Shown: one piece after another, positions 20,556 through 31,709 of the stretch | Numbering within the stretch: position 1 is the stretch's first letter | How the letters are laid out: each line of letters starts with the position of its first letter | DNA from: an uncultured delta proteobacterium | GTDB lineage: Bacteria; Myxococcota_A; Polyangia; Polyangiales; Houyiibacteriaceae | Assembly: GCA_963699755.1 (NCBI GenBank) | Contig: CAVOVB010000003.1 | Coordinates: forward strand, 640,001 to 704,000 | DNA length: 64,000 nt | Direction of reading: 5' to 3' | Program-made: the position numbers and the translations under genes | The notes under the pieces: model-generated | Told to the model about the DNA's origin: nothing | Seen by the model: only the letters and a program-made list of their open reading frames with translations | Database searches by the model: none

Positions 20556-20571
20556 CGTGTTCGACCGCAGG

Positions 20572-20587
20572 TGCAGGCGGCGTGCCA
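20572..20587 (-). promoter_or_regulatory. sigma54 -24/-12 promoter
   Basis: Minus strand reads TGGCACGCCGCCTGCA. Confidence 0.7.
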
Positions 20588-20635
20588 GGCGAAAAGCACT
20601 GTGATTCCGGTGAGCCCGGCGCGGGCTAGACGAAA

Positions 20636-20675
20636 ATGACGACGGCCGTCATCGAAATCCGACGCCTGGCGTCAT
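20636..20675. promoter_or_regulatory. Tandem palindromic enhancer (ATGACG-N5-CGTCAT type)
   Basis: ATGACGacggcCGTCAT and ccGACGcctggCGTCAT, 23 bp apart; 16 bp identical to 18328-18343. Confidence 0.65.
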
Positions 20676-20716
20676 GTTCGAGGGCTCCAGATCGGAGCAA
20701 GCGGCCGGGAATTCGC

Positions 20717-21187
20717 TTAGCGCGATCGTTCCGAGGCACGCCTGCGCTCGCGCCGCGTGGCCGCGTCCGCAGCGGCCTGCCGATCGCTCTCGCTTTCCGC
20801 CAGCAGCGGCGGAACAGGGCAGGGCCTTCCGTCCTCACCGAGGTTGACGAAGGTCGCCCGCGCATCGGCGCAGAGCGACCGCGCCCCGGTCGCCGCGTGC
20901 TCCACTTCGACCCGAACCGCGATTTCCATCGAGCTCGTGAACGCCGCATTGAGGTGCGCCGTGAGGCGAACCACGTCGCCGACTCGAATTGGCGCCTTGA
21001 ACTCCAGCGCATCGACCCGCGCCGTGACGCAGACCCGGCCGCAATGCCGCTTCGCAGCGATGGAGCTGCAGATGTCGATCCAACTCATGATCACGCCACC
21101 AAATGCGGTGCCGATCGCGTTGGTGTGCTGCGGCAAGATGAGCTCGGTCATTTCCGTGAACGACTCGGAAGGGGGTTTCGCATCCAT
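20717..21187 (-). CDS. Acyl-CoA thioesterase (hotdog fold, YciA-like)
   Basis: LPQHTNAIGTAFGGVIMSWID, FKAPIRVGD, TSSMEI. Confidence 0.92.
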   Translation of the reverse strand: MDAKPPSESFTEMTELILPQHTNAIGTAFGGVIMSWIDICSSIAAKRHCGRVCVTARVDALEFKAPIRVGDVVRLTAHLNAAFTSSMEIAVRVEVEHAATGARSLCADARATFVNLGEDGRPCPVPPLLAESESDRQAAADAATRRERRRASERSR

Positions 21188-21236
21188 TGGCGGAGCATAA
21201 GGTGTACGGATGGTGGATTAAAGGCATAATCCAAAC

Positions 21237-22745
21237 GTGCAGCGGCTTTTTACACGTGAGGAGTCACGCAAGCTGGATCGCGTCGCCATCGACGAGATTG
21301 GCGTCGTGAGCCTGGTGTTGATGGAGAATGCCGGGCGCGGGGCGAGCGATGCGATTTGCGATCTCTTTGCCGAGCGGCTCGGCCGTGTCGTCCTGGTCGG
21401 CGGGCCAGGGCAAAATGGCGGCGACGCCTGGGTGATCGCGAGGCGCTTGGCGCTGCTCGGCCATCCGCCGCTCGCTCTGTTGATTGGAGAGGCATCGCGC
21501 CTACGTGGTGACGCGCAGACCAACTGGGCGCTGCTTGGCGCGCTCGGCATCGAGACCGTCGAGGTATCGCCTGCCGACGCGGAACCGATCGCCGAGCACC
21601 TCGGGGATGCAACGCTGATCGTCGATGGACTCTTCGGAACAGGGCTCGATCGCCCGATCACCGGCGGCTACGCGCAGGCGATTGCAGCCATGGATGCAGC
21701 GCCTGTCCCCTTGGCTTCTTTGGATCTTCCGAGCGGCCTCGACGCGGACACCGGCGCGATCTTTGGCATCGCGCCCCATGCGTCGCTGACGATCACATTC
21801 GCCGGGCACAAGCGCGGGCTTCACCAGTACCCCGGCGTCGAGCATGCGGGCGCGGTGCGTGTCGCCGACATCGGGATCCCGATCATGTTTGCACCTGCCG
21901 CGAGCCTTTGGACAGCCGCAGACCTTGCCGCGCTCATCGCGCCCCGCAAGGCCGATGCGTACAAGGGCAGCAACGGACACCTTCTGGTCATCGGTGGCGC
22001 GCCGGGAAAGACCGGAGCTGCCGTGCTTGCAGGTCGCGCGGCGTTTCGCACCGGGGCAGGGCTCGTCACGATTGGCGCCCGACCGGATTCCCGCGCCGCG
22101 CTCGAACAAAAAGTCATCGAGCTGATGACGACGGCACTTCCTGAGCAAGCCAATGAAGCTTCAGTGCGACGCCTCTGCGAGGGGAAGCGCGCCGTCGTGC
22201 TTGGGCCGGGCATGGGTTTGGACCCGCTTGCAAGGAGCTGGACGCGGGCATTTGTCCAGCACGCTCCGGTCCCCACTGTGGTTGATGCAGACGGTCTCAC
22301 CCATCTTGCCGCCGATGGGCTCGATTCGCTCATGGGCGCGGCTGGCCCAAGGGTGCTCACGCCCCATCCGGGGGAAGCCGCGCGCCTGCTCGGGCGGTCG
22401 ACTTCGGAAGTTCAAGCCGACCGATATGGAGCAGCCGAAGCGCTGGCGGACAAGTCGGGGCAGGTCGTGATCTTGAAAGGCGCCCGCAGCATCGTGGCCG
22501 GCGGTGGTGAGCTTCGCGTTTGCGCGGAAGGCACGGCGGCGCTTGGCGTTGCGGGGACGGGCGACGTGCTGAGCGGGATCGTGGGCGCGCTCACGATGAG
22601 CATCTCGCCGCTCGACGCAGCGATCGGCGGCACGCTCCTACACGCGCTGGCAGGTGAGGCCGCAGCCACCGGCGACCGCGGCCTGATCGCCTCCGAAGTG
22701 GCGGACGCGGTGCCAGGCATCGTGGCCGAGCAGCTCGAGCTCTGA
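21237..22745 (+). CDS. nnr: Bifunctional NAD(P)HX epimerase/dehydratase
   Basis: LMENAG, GPGQNGGD, DGLFGTGL, DLPSG, GPGMG, DADG, LTPHPGE, GTGDVLSG. Confidence 0.95.
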   Translation: MQRLFTREESRKLDRVAIDEIGVVSLVLMENAGRGASDAICDLFAERLGRVVLVGGPGQNGGDAWVIARRLALLGHPPLALLIGEASRLRGDAQTNWALLGALGIETVEVSPADAEPIAEHLGDATLIVDGLFGTGLDRPITGGYAQAIAAMDAAPVPLASLDLPSGLDADTGAIFGIAPHASLTITFAGHKRGLHQYPGVEHAGAVRVADIGIPIMFAPAASLWTAADLAALIAPRKADAYKGSNGHLLVIGGAPGKTGAAVLAGRAAFRTGAGLVTIGARPDSRAALEQKVIELMTTALPEQANEASVRRLCEGKRAVVLGPGMGLDPLARSWTRAFVQHAPVPTVVDADGLTHLAADGLDSLMGAAGPRVLTPHPGEAARLLGRSTSEVQADRYGAAEALADKSGQVVILKGARSIVAGGGELRVCAEGTAALGVAGTGDVLSGIVGALTMSISPLDAAIGGTLLHALAGEAAATGDRGLIASEVADAVPGIVAEQLEL

Positions 22746-22775
22746 CCGACCTGAGGGGACGCCCAGGCGACAGCT

Positions 22776-22793
22776 TGACACGACACCGTGTCA
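22776..22793. promoter_or_regulatory. Palindrome TGACACG-N4-CGTGTCA, candidate enhancer
   Basis: Perfect 7-bp inverted repeat about 60-80 bp upstream of a sigma54 -24 element. Confidence 0.5.
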
Positions 22794-22853
22794 GCGAGGG
22801 GACAAGCTGGCGGTCCGAGGATGCAGCCCCCATGAAATGCTTTGGTTTTTTGC

Positions 22854-22869
22854 TGGCACTGCGGTTGCA
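22854..22869 (+). promoter_or_regulatory. sigma54 -24/-12 promoter
   Basis: TGGCACTGCGGTTGCA, matching consensus TGGCAC-N5-TTGC. Confidence 0.8.
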
Positions 22870-22895
22870 ATGAAGCCTCCGCGGAGACCCTCACA

Positions 22896-23417
22896 ATGAA
22901 TACCCAAGAACAGTACAACGAAGAAATCCTGCCTTGTGTCCCCGAGCTTTCCCGGACCGCCCTCCGACTGACGCGGGGTACCTCCCTTGCGGACGACCTG
23001 GTGCAAGAGACGCTGACGCGCGCCTGGCAAGCCCGCGCGAGCTTCCACCCTGGCACCAACGCGCGCGCCTGGACGCGACGGATCCTGTTCAACACCTACA
23101 TCAACCACTACCGAAAAAGGAAACGCGAGCGGGAAGCTTTCGAACAGCTCCGGGGCCTGGCCGAGGTTCGGGCCCGGTCTTGGCACGAGGAGGGTTTCGG
23201 CGACGAGGTGCTGGCGGCGCTGCGCTCGCTGAAGCCAGAGTTCCGCGAAGCCGTCGAGCTCGTCGACCTGGGGGAGCTCTCCTATCAGGCGGCCGCCGAG
23301 CGCTTGGCCTGCCCGGTCGGCACCGTCATGTCCCGCCTTCACAGGGGCCGGAAGCGGCTCAAGCGGACCCTTGCCGGCTACGCGCTCGACCAGGGCGTCG
23401 TCCGCTCTGCAGCCTAG
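22896..23417 (+). CDS. ECF RNA polymerase sigma factor
   Basis: ADDLVQET, AWTRRIL.N, LSYQAAA...PVGTVMSRLHRGR; 173 aa. Confidence 0.93.
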   Translation: MNTQEQYNEEILPCVPELSRTALRLTRGTSLADDLVQETLTRAWQARASFHPGTNARAWTRRILFNTYINHYRKRKREREAFEQLRGLAEVRARSWHEEGFGDEVLAALRSLKPEFREAVELVDLGELSYQAAAERLACPVGTVMSRLHRGRKRLKRTLAGYALDQGVVRSAA

Positions 23418-23527
23418 AGCTGGCCGGTCGCGAAAAATACCTGACAAAACCGATGTGAAAACCACAGCATAGACGCTAACGTCCTGTTAGCCTTGACGAA
23501 ACAGGCCAAAGTTACATAGTGGCGGGC

Positions 23528-24694
23528 ATGGCAAAGACATATGCTGACTTGCTCCAAGAGGTGAAGGCCGCCATTCGGCAGGTCTCCCTCGAAGACCTCA
23601 AGGACCGCCTGGACTCAGGCGAGGGCGTGATCCTGGTCGATGTTCGCGAGAAGGATGAGTGGCGGCAGGGGCACATTCCGGGTGCACTTCATATTCCCCG
23701 CGGATTTCTCGAAATGCAGTCTGGCTCGAGGCTGCCCGATAAGGACGCGAAGATCGTCACCATCTGTGCCGCCGGCATTCGGTCCGCCTTCGCGGCCAAG
23801 GTTCTTCAGGAGCTCGGCTACACGAACGTGGAGTCGGCGAACCCCGGGTTCAATCAGTGGAAAGATCAGGGCTTCCCCACGACGCAGCCGTTCGCCTTCA
23901 CCGACGCACAACTCAATCGCTATTCGCGGCATCTCTTGCTGCCCGAGGTCGGCGAGCAGGGGCAGGCGAAGCTGTTGCAAGGGCGCGTCTTGCTCCTCGG
24001 CGCAGGTGGGCTCGGTTCGCCGGCAGCGTTGTACCTTGCGGCGGCGGGCGTCGGAACGATCGGCATCGTGGATGGCGACACGGTGGATGAGTCGAACCTT
24101 CAACGCCAGGTCTTGCACGGGCTCGATCGCGTGGGTCAGTCAAAAGTCGAAAGCGGCAAACGAACGATTGAAAACCTCAACCCAGACGTCAACGTCATCG
24201 CGTTCAACGAGCGACTCACGCGCCAGAACGTCGATCGCATTTTCGATCAAGATTGGCACGTCATCGTCGACGGTCTCGACAACTTCGCGACGCGCTATCT
24301 CGTCAACGACGCCAGTGTCTGGAAAGACATCCCCGTCGTGCACGGCTCGATCTTCCGGTTCGACGGTCAAGTCACGACTTTCTGGCCGCGCCACGGGCCA
24401 TGCTACCGCTGCCTCTACCCGGAGCCGCCCCCGCCCCACCTTGCGCCGTCCTGTGCCGAAGCCGGTGTTCTCGGCGTTCTTCCCGGCGCAATCGGCACGC
24501 TTCAAGCAACCGAAGCCGTCAAAATCGTCCTCGAGCGCGGCGACCCCTTGGTCGGTCGACTGCTTCAGTACGACTCGCTCCAGATGCAGTTCCGCACCTT
24601 CAAGCTTCGACGGAACAAAGACTGCCCGGTCTGTGGCGATCATCCGACGATCACGGACTACATCGACTACGAGCATTTCTGCTCCGGCGGGTAA
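23528..24694 (+). CDS. moeB: Rhodanese-ThiF/MoeB adenylyltransferase fusion (MoeB/MoeZ-like)
   Basis: N-terminal rhodanese (DVRE, GHIPGA, CAAGIRS); RYSRHL, GAGGLG, SNLQRQ, CYRC, CPVC. Confidence 0.9.
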   Translation: MAKTYADLLQEVKAAIRQVSLEDLKDRLDSGEGVILVDVREKDEWRQGHIPGALHIPRGFLEMQSGSRLPDKDAKIVTICAAGIRSAFAAKVLQELGYTNVESANPGFNQWKDQGFPTTQPFAFTDAQLNRYSRHLLLPEVGEQGQAKLLQGRVLLLGAGGLGSPAALYLAAAGVGTIGIVDGDTVDESNLQRQVLHGLDRVGQSKVESGKRTIENLNPDVNVIAFNERLTRQNVDRIFDQDWHVIVDGLDNFATRYLVNDASVWKDIPVVHGSIFRFDGQVTTFWPRHGPCYRCLYPEPPPPHLAPSCAEAGVLGVLPGAIGTLQATEAVKIVLERGDPLVGRLLQYDSLQMQFRTFKLRRNKDCPVCGDHPTITDYIDYEHFCSGG

Positions 24695-24725
24695 GACCAC
24701 GACCCTCGGGACGGAGACATGCGCG

Positions 24726-24866
24726 TCAGCGCTTCACGAAGGGGGTGACGGGGCCCTTGAACGTGAACGGACACAGCTCGGCTCGGACCCGGGGGGGCAG
24801 TGTAGCAGGGGCGCCGTCGGCATCAGCGTCACGGCCAGCGTCGTGCGGGAGGGGGGACCGTGCCAT
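24726..24866 (-). CDS. Possible 46-aa small protein
   Basis: AGGAG 6 nt before the ATG; fills an intergenic gap; no family recognised. Confidence 0.3.
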   Translation of the reverse strand: MARSPLPHDAGRDADADGAPATLPPRVRAELCPFTFKGPVTPFVKR

Positions 24867-24905
24867 GACCGCTCCTACTGGATGCGACCCTGCTACACTC
24901 CTCCA

Positions 24906-25739
24906 ATGCCCCGAGCGCTCGTCCTCCTGACCGTGCTGTCCTTCCTCACCGCGTGCGAGGACAACGCCGCCGTCGAGCGTACCAGGGCTCAGCTCCGGGA
25001 CGTCGACTACCCACGGGTCCAGGAGCTCGTCGAGCAGGACCTTTCGAACCATCAGGCCGGCGTCGTGAAGGCCGCGGACAAGCTTGCCCCTGGATTCACC
25101 CTGAGCGATCCGGTCAAGCGCGAGTCACAGGTGCGGGCGGCTTTGAGAATTCTTCAGCAACCCAAGAAAGGTATTGATGAATTCGTCGCCTCCCCAATGT
25201 CGTTTCTCGCCGCGGTCGGTCCCGACGGCCTGGTCGTCGCGCGCGATCGGGAGCCCGATCGGATGAAGGGTCAGGACTTCAAGTCGCGCTTTGAAATCGT
25301 CGCTCAGGCCCTCCAAGGCACGGCGGCTACCGGGCTCGGCGAGTTCTACGCCAAGGATCCCAAAGCGCCTTCGTCCTGGTCGATCCTCTTCGCTGCGCCC
25401 TCTCTCCGGGACGGGCAGATGGTTGGCGCCGTGCTTGCCGGCATCCCCTTGTCGCGCCTCGCCCAGCGGCTGAGCCGTCAGTTCCGGGTCGAGCAGAAGG
25501 CCGGCGCACCGGTCTGGGTGTACCTCTACAAGGGCGAGCGCCTCTTCCATTGGGACACGCCACCCGAGGTCGATGCCCTCGTTCGAGACCCGGTCGCACG
25601 CACTCAGGCACTTGCCGCTTCGCCCGCCGGCTATACCGAGAAGGTACGGCTCCAGGGTGAGCTCCAGGTTTACGGGGTGTTCCCCCTCGCGCTTCTCGGG
25701 CCCGATGTTGGGACGATCATCTTCCGCACGCCTGAGTGA
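24906..25739 (+). CDS. Lipoprotein with Cache-like domain
   Basis: LTAC lipobox; AVGPDGLVVAR...VAQALQG...FAAP...GQMVGAV pattern typical of dCache. Confidence 0.65.
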   Translation: MPRALVLLTVLSFLTACEDNAAVERTRAQLRDVDYPRVQELVEQDLSNHQAGVVKAADKLAPGFTLSDPVKRESQVRAALRILQQPKKGIDEFVASPMSFLAAVGPDGLVVARDREPDRMKGQDFKSRFEIVAQALQGTAATGLGEFYAKDPKAPSSWSILFAAPSLRDGQMVGAVLAGIPLSRLAQRLSRQFRVEQKAGAPVWVYLYKGERLFHWDTPPEVDALVRDPVARTQALAASPAGYTEKVRLQGELQVYGVFPLALLGPDVGTIIFRTPE

Positions 25740-25778
25740 AGGTTGACCGTTCGCTAGGATTGGGCGAACACTAGCGCG

Positions 25779-27773
25779 GTGTCGAGGCGGGGGTTGTCCT
25801 GGAGTGCCTGGCTGTGTGCGGCGGCCTTCTTCGTCGCCGGAGCGTTTCCGCTCTACAACGCCGACGCCTATGGACACTTGGCCCAGGGTCGTCAGATCGC
25901 GGCGCTTGGGCGCGTGCCATTGGTTGACCTCTTCTCCTTCTGGAAGCCCACCCCGCAACCCTGGAGCAACTATGAGTGGGGCTACGACCTGATCAGCTGG
26001 CTCGTCTACGACCGGTTGGGTCCGACGGCATTGATCGCGATCAAGTGCCTGCTGCTAGCAGCCCTGGGCTACATCCTCGTGCTGCTCGCCGATCGTCTTG
26101 CAAAGGGCACGCCGCTCGCAGCGCCCCTTGCTGCCGCCGTCGCGATCTCCTTTGCGCCACTGGCCAGGGTTCGATTCACGGTGAGACCGCAGATCCTTGG
26201 ACTGGTGTTTCCTGCGGTTCTGCTTCTCGGCATCAGCACCCTGTACGCCGAAGAGAGCTCGATGCGCACCAGGCGCTGGGTGGTGGTCGCCCTCGGCCTC
26301 ATGCACATCGCCTGGGTCAACATGCACGGCTCCCATCTCTTGGGCGCGCTGATCACGTTCTTGTTCCTGGCGTTTTCGATTCGCACGACCGCCTTTGCCT
26401 CGATGGCCTGGCTTTTCGTTTTGCAGCTGCTCGCCATGGCTTGCACACCCTTCGGCCTCGACATCGTGACCGACGCGGTCTCCCACGTCTTGCGCCCGGA
26501 GTACCGTGAGCTCGTCACCGAATGGGCGCCCTGGTCTCCGGCGCAACCCCTCTATCTGCTCCTCGGTCCGACGCTCGCTGCGCTTCTCGTCCTGGTCGCC
26601 ATGCGTCCGGTGACCCGGTCGAGCCGCTACGGCCTGGCCTATGGCGTCTTGTGCGTAGTGCTGACGATCATGGCCTTTCGCTCGATGCGCTTCGTGGCCC
26701 ATCAGCTGCTTTTCGCCGCACCCTTCATCGCTGCAGGAATCGCACACCTCGAGTGGTTTCGAGGTTTGCATCGTGCCGTCATGGTCGCCTTGGGATTGTC
26801 CGTCGCATGGCTGCTGCTATTGTCGCCGAGGCTCGAGCCCTTCGTCCCATTCGGCTTCAGCGAGCCACGGCTCGGGCACGCCTTTGCAGCCGCCGAGGTC
26901 ATCAACGCGGACGTCGATCGGCCGCGGATCCTCGCACCGATCGAAGACAGCTGGCCGCTGATGTTCGCCGTCCCCGAAGGCCGCTTCCTGGTCGATGGAC
27001 GCGTACCGTTTTACGGGCCGGAGTTCATTCGCAAGGTGACCGACAGCTTTGCCGATCCAACTTCCTTGAGCGCCATCCTCGAGGCCTATGAGGTGGATAC
27101 CGTCGTGCTCGATCACACCAAGGGCGCGCAGGCCGCCGCGGTAGAGTACCTCTGGCGCTCTCCGGACTGGGTGCTCGGCCAGGTTCAGAACAGGCAATCG
27201 CTATTCGTGCTCGCCGGGCGCTCGGCCTCGCTGAGGCCGCTGCGCATCGTCGCGCCCGGGTTTCGGGTCGGTCGCATGCTCGACCCGGACGTTTCCGATG
27301 CCGAGATCGAAGCCGAGTCCGAGCGGGTGGGGACGCATCGGAATTCGACGGCGATCCAAGGATGGATTCAGGGGCTCCGCGCGCTTCGTCCGCTCGCACG
27401 GGACGGCGAGCGAGCCGGCATTCGCATGTACCGGACCAGGGACGAACGGGAGGCGGCGCGTCGCGCGTATCGATCGCTATCCGAGGCGGCGAAGGTCTAT
27501 CCCGGCTTCAGCTCGATCGAGCTTTTCCGCGCCATGGCCGCGGCGGCGGCATGCGACGAGGTCGAGGCCCGCGAGGCACTCGACTGGGCGGCCTACTCTG
27601 GTGAAACGCGCGAGACATCGCTGGTCGCGGTCGAGCTCGCCTTGCGCGCCGGCGACGAGACCCGACGCGCGGCGGCCAGGTCCCAGATCGAGCGCTTGTC
27701 GACTCACCCCAAGACGGCAGGCGACCCCTGGGTGTCCGCGATCGCCCGCAACCTCGACGCGCGTTGCCCGTAG
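25779..27773 (+). CDS. Polytopic membrane protein, putative GT-C glycosyltransferase
   Basis: D.YGHLAQGR, D.FSF, W.NYEW, RP, WVNMHGS, EW.P, VDGR; about 10 TM segments. Confidence 0.65.
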   Translation: MSRRGLSWSAWLCAAAFFVAGAFPLYNADAYGHLAQGRQIAALGRVPLVDLFSFWKPTPQPWSNYEWGYDLISWLVYDRLGPTALIAIKCLLLAALGYILVLLADRLAKGTPLAAPLAAAVAISFAPLARVRFTVRPQILGLVFPAVLLLGISTLYAEESSMRTRRWVVVALGLMHIAWVNMHGSHLLGALITFLFLAFSIRTTAFASMAWLFVLQLLAMACTPFGLDIVTDAVSHVLRPEYRELVTEWAPWSPAQPLYLLLGPTLAALLVLVAMRPVTRSSRYGLAYGVLCVVLTIMAFRSMRFVAHQLLFAAPFIAAGIAHLEWFRGLHRAVMVALGLSVAWLLLLSPRLEPFVPFGFSEPRLGHAFAAAEVINADVDRPRILAPIEDSWPLMFAVPEGRFLVDGRVPFYGPEFIRKVTDSFADPTSLSAILEAYEVDTVVLDHTKGAQAAAVEYLWRSPDWVLGQVQNRQSLFVLAGRSASLRPLRIVAPGFRVGRMLDPDVSDAEIEAESERVGTHRNSTAIQGWIQGLRALRPLARDGERAGIRMYRTRDEREAARRAYRSLSEAAKVYPGFSSIELFRAMAAAAACDEVEAREALDWAAYSGETRETSLVAVELALRAGDETRRAAARSQIERLSTHPKTAGDPWVSAIARNLDARCP

Positions 27774-27796
27774 CCGCGAGTAGATCTCGTCAGGTT

Positions 27797-28522
27797 TCAT
27801 ACGTCCGCTTCCAGTCGATCGAGCGCCGCCCGCGGGGACAAGGTCAGCTGCCATGGCGCGAGGACGCTCGGCTCATCGACCGCCGCCCGCCATTGGGCGA
27901 GAAAGCGCTCGCGCGGCCACATCGTAGCGCCGAAGCGCGCCAGATGCTCCGTATGCACTTGGCAATCGATGATGCGAAAGCCCCACATCGCCAGATGGCC
28001 GAGCAGGGTCGTGAAGGCGACCTTGGACGCGTCGGGCTCCGAAGCGAACATCGACTCCCCCGCGAAGGTCTTGCCAAGGGCCACTCCGTAGAGGCCGCCG
28101 ACTAGCTGATCGTCGCGCCAGGCTTCGATGCTATGCGCGTATCCGAGCTCGTGAAGTCTGACGTAGCCGTCCCGCAGCTCGCGGGTGATCCAGGTGCCCT
28201 GCTGGTGTGGGCGTGGCGTCGCAGCACAGGCCGTAATCACGTCCGTAAAGGCGGTGTCCGCCGTGACTCGAAGCCGCCCTTTGCGAATGACTTTGCGCAA
28301 CGAGCGCGAGACATGAGCCGAAGAGGGCGCCAACGCGAACCGTGGATCGGGCGAGAACCAGAGCAATGGATAGCCGCGCGCAGGCCAGGGGAAGATGCCG
28401 TTCGCATACGCGATCAGCAGCCGCTCCGGTGACACGTCGCCGCCCACCGCAACGATGCCTTCCTCGTTGGCGTCTTCAGGGGCCGGGAAGGCGAGCTCCT
28501 TGTCGAGTAGGTACACGGGCAT
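27797..28522 (-). CDS. aat: Leucyl/phenylalanyl-tRNA--protein transferase
   Basis: GIFPW, WFSPDPR, TWIT, AHSIE, GGLYG, GESMF, ASKVA. Confidence 0.96.
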   Translation of the reverse strand: MPVYLLDKELAFPAPEDANEEGIVAVGGDVSPERLLIAYANGIFPWPARGYPLLWFSPDPRFALAPSSAHVSRSLRKVIRKGRLRVTADTAFTDVITACAATPRPHQQGTWITRELRDGYVRLHELGYAHSIEAWRDDQLVGGLYGVALGKTFAGESMFASEPDASKVAFTTLLGHLAMWGFRIIDCQVHTEHLARFGATMWPRERFLAQWRAAVDEPSVLAPWQLTLSPRAALDRLEADV

Positions 28523-28579
28523 CAGGGGACAACACGATAGGCTAGCGCAGGCGCGGCCCCGGTGCTGGGCTCCTGACGC

Positions 28580-30877
<2,298 letters not shown>

Positions 30878-30879
30878 GT

Positions 30880-31212
30880 TTACGTGTCTTCCTCTTCTTC
30901 GGGCTCCATGGTCAGGCGGAGTGGGAACTCCTGCTCTCGGGCCAATCGTTCGACCCGCTGGATCTTGGATTCCGCGACCTCGCGGGTGAACACCCCTGCG
31001 ACGCCCACCCCGTTGTGGTGCACGTGCAGCATGACGCGGATCGAATCCTGTTCTCCGAGGTGAAAAACGGTATGCAGCACGTGAACGACGAATTCCCTGG
31101 TGGTGTAATCATCATTGTGCAGAAGAACCCGATAGAGCCGTGGGCGTTTGAGCTTTTTCTGCGGTTTGACCTCGGTGATGGTCCCGGCATCGTTGTCGAA
31201 CCTGTCGGGCAT
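30880..31212 (-). CDS. clpS: Clp protease adaptor ClpS
   Basis: YRVLLHNDDYTTREFV, MLHVH..G, FPL. Confidence 0.96.
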   Translation of the reverse strand: MPDRFDNDAGTITEVKPQKKLKRPRLYRVLLHNDDYTTREFVVHVLHTVFHLGEQDSIRVMLHVHHNGVGVAGVFTREVAESKIQRVERLAREQEFPLRLTMEPEEEEDT

Positions 31213-31307
31213 TCCCTATTTTAGCGCTTTCTCCATTCCAGCCCAGTCCGCTACGACTGGTGCAGTCCCTAGAATCTAAGGCCCGTCCCCACGATGCGCT
31301 AGGGGGG

Positions 31308-31709
31308 TCAGTCAAGGGCGAGCCTCAGATAGAAAAGCTGGTTCTGTGAGTTGCGAACGGTCACCGAGGAGTCGCTGACTTCCTGAACGACGAAGCCGTT
31401 GCCGGAGCCCAGGGTGGAGAAGCTGCCATCTGGGTCGAAGGAGATGTAGCCGAGCACCTCGGTCGGAAGCCTCCCAAGCGGGTGCTCGATTTCATACTGG
31501 CTGCACCCCCGGAACTCGAGCCAGTAGCACCGTTCATCGGAAATGGGGGGGAAGGGGTGCGACTCCCAGCCTCCTTCTGCGTTCGTCATCATGCACGGAA
31601 GCTCATCCATCGGCACCACCCGGTCCTCGGCTTGACCGCACGGGTCGCCACAGGCCGCTCCGACCAGGGCGAGCAGCGCAAGGGCGACCCCAGCTGCAAA
31701 TCTAGGCAT
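31308..31709 (-). CDS. Hypothetical lipoprotein
   Basis: GGAG RBS; signal peptide with GAAC lipobox; overlaps the cobA stop. Confidence 0.65.
   Translation of the reverse strand: MPRFAAGVALALLALVGAACGDPCGQAEDRVVPMDELPCMMTNAEGGWESHPFPPISDERCYWLEFRGCSQYEIEHPLGRLPTEVLGYISFDPDGSFSTLGSGNGFVVQEVSDSSVTVRNSQNQLFYLRLALD

Noticed and set aside
24680..24694. MoeB C-terminus ends in GG like a sulfur carrier
   Set aside because: No ubiquitin-like domain precedes it; it follows the normal IDY..FC tail, so it is likely coincidence
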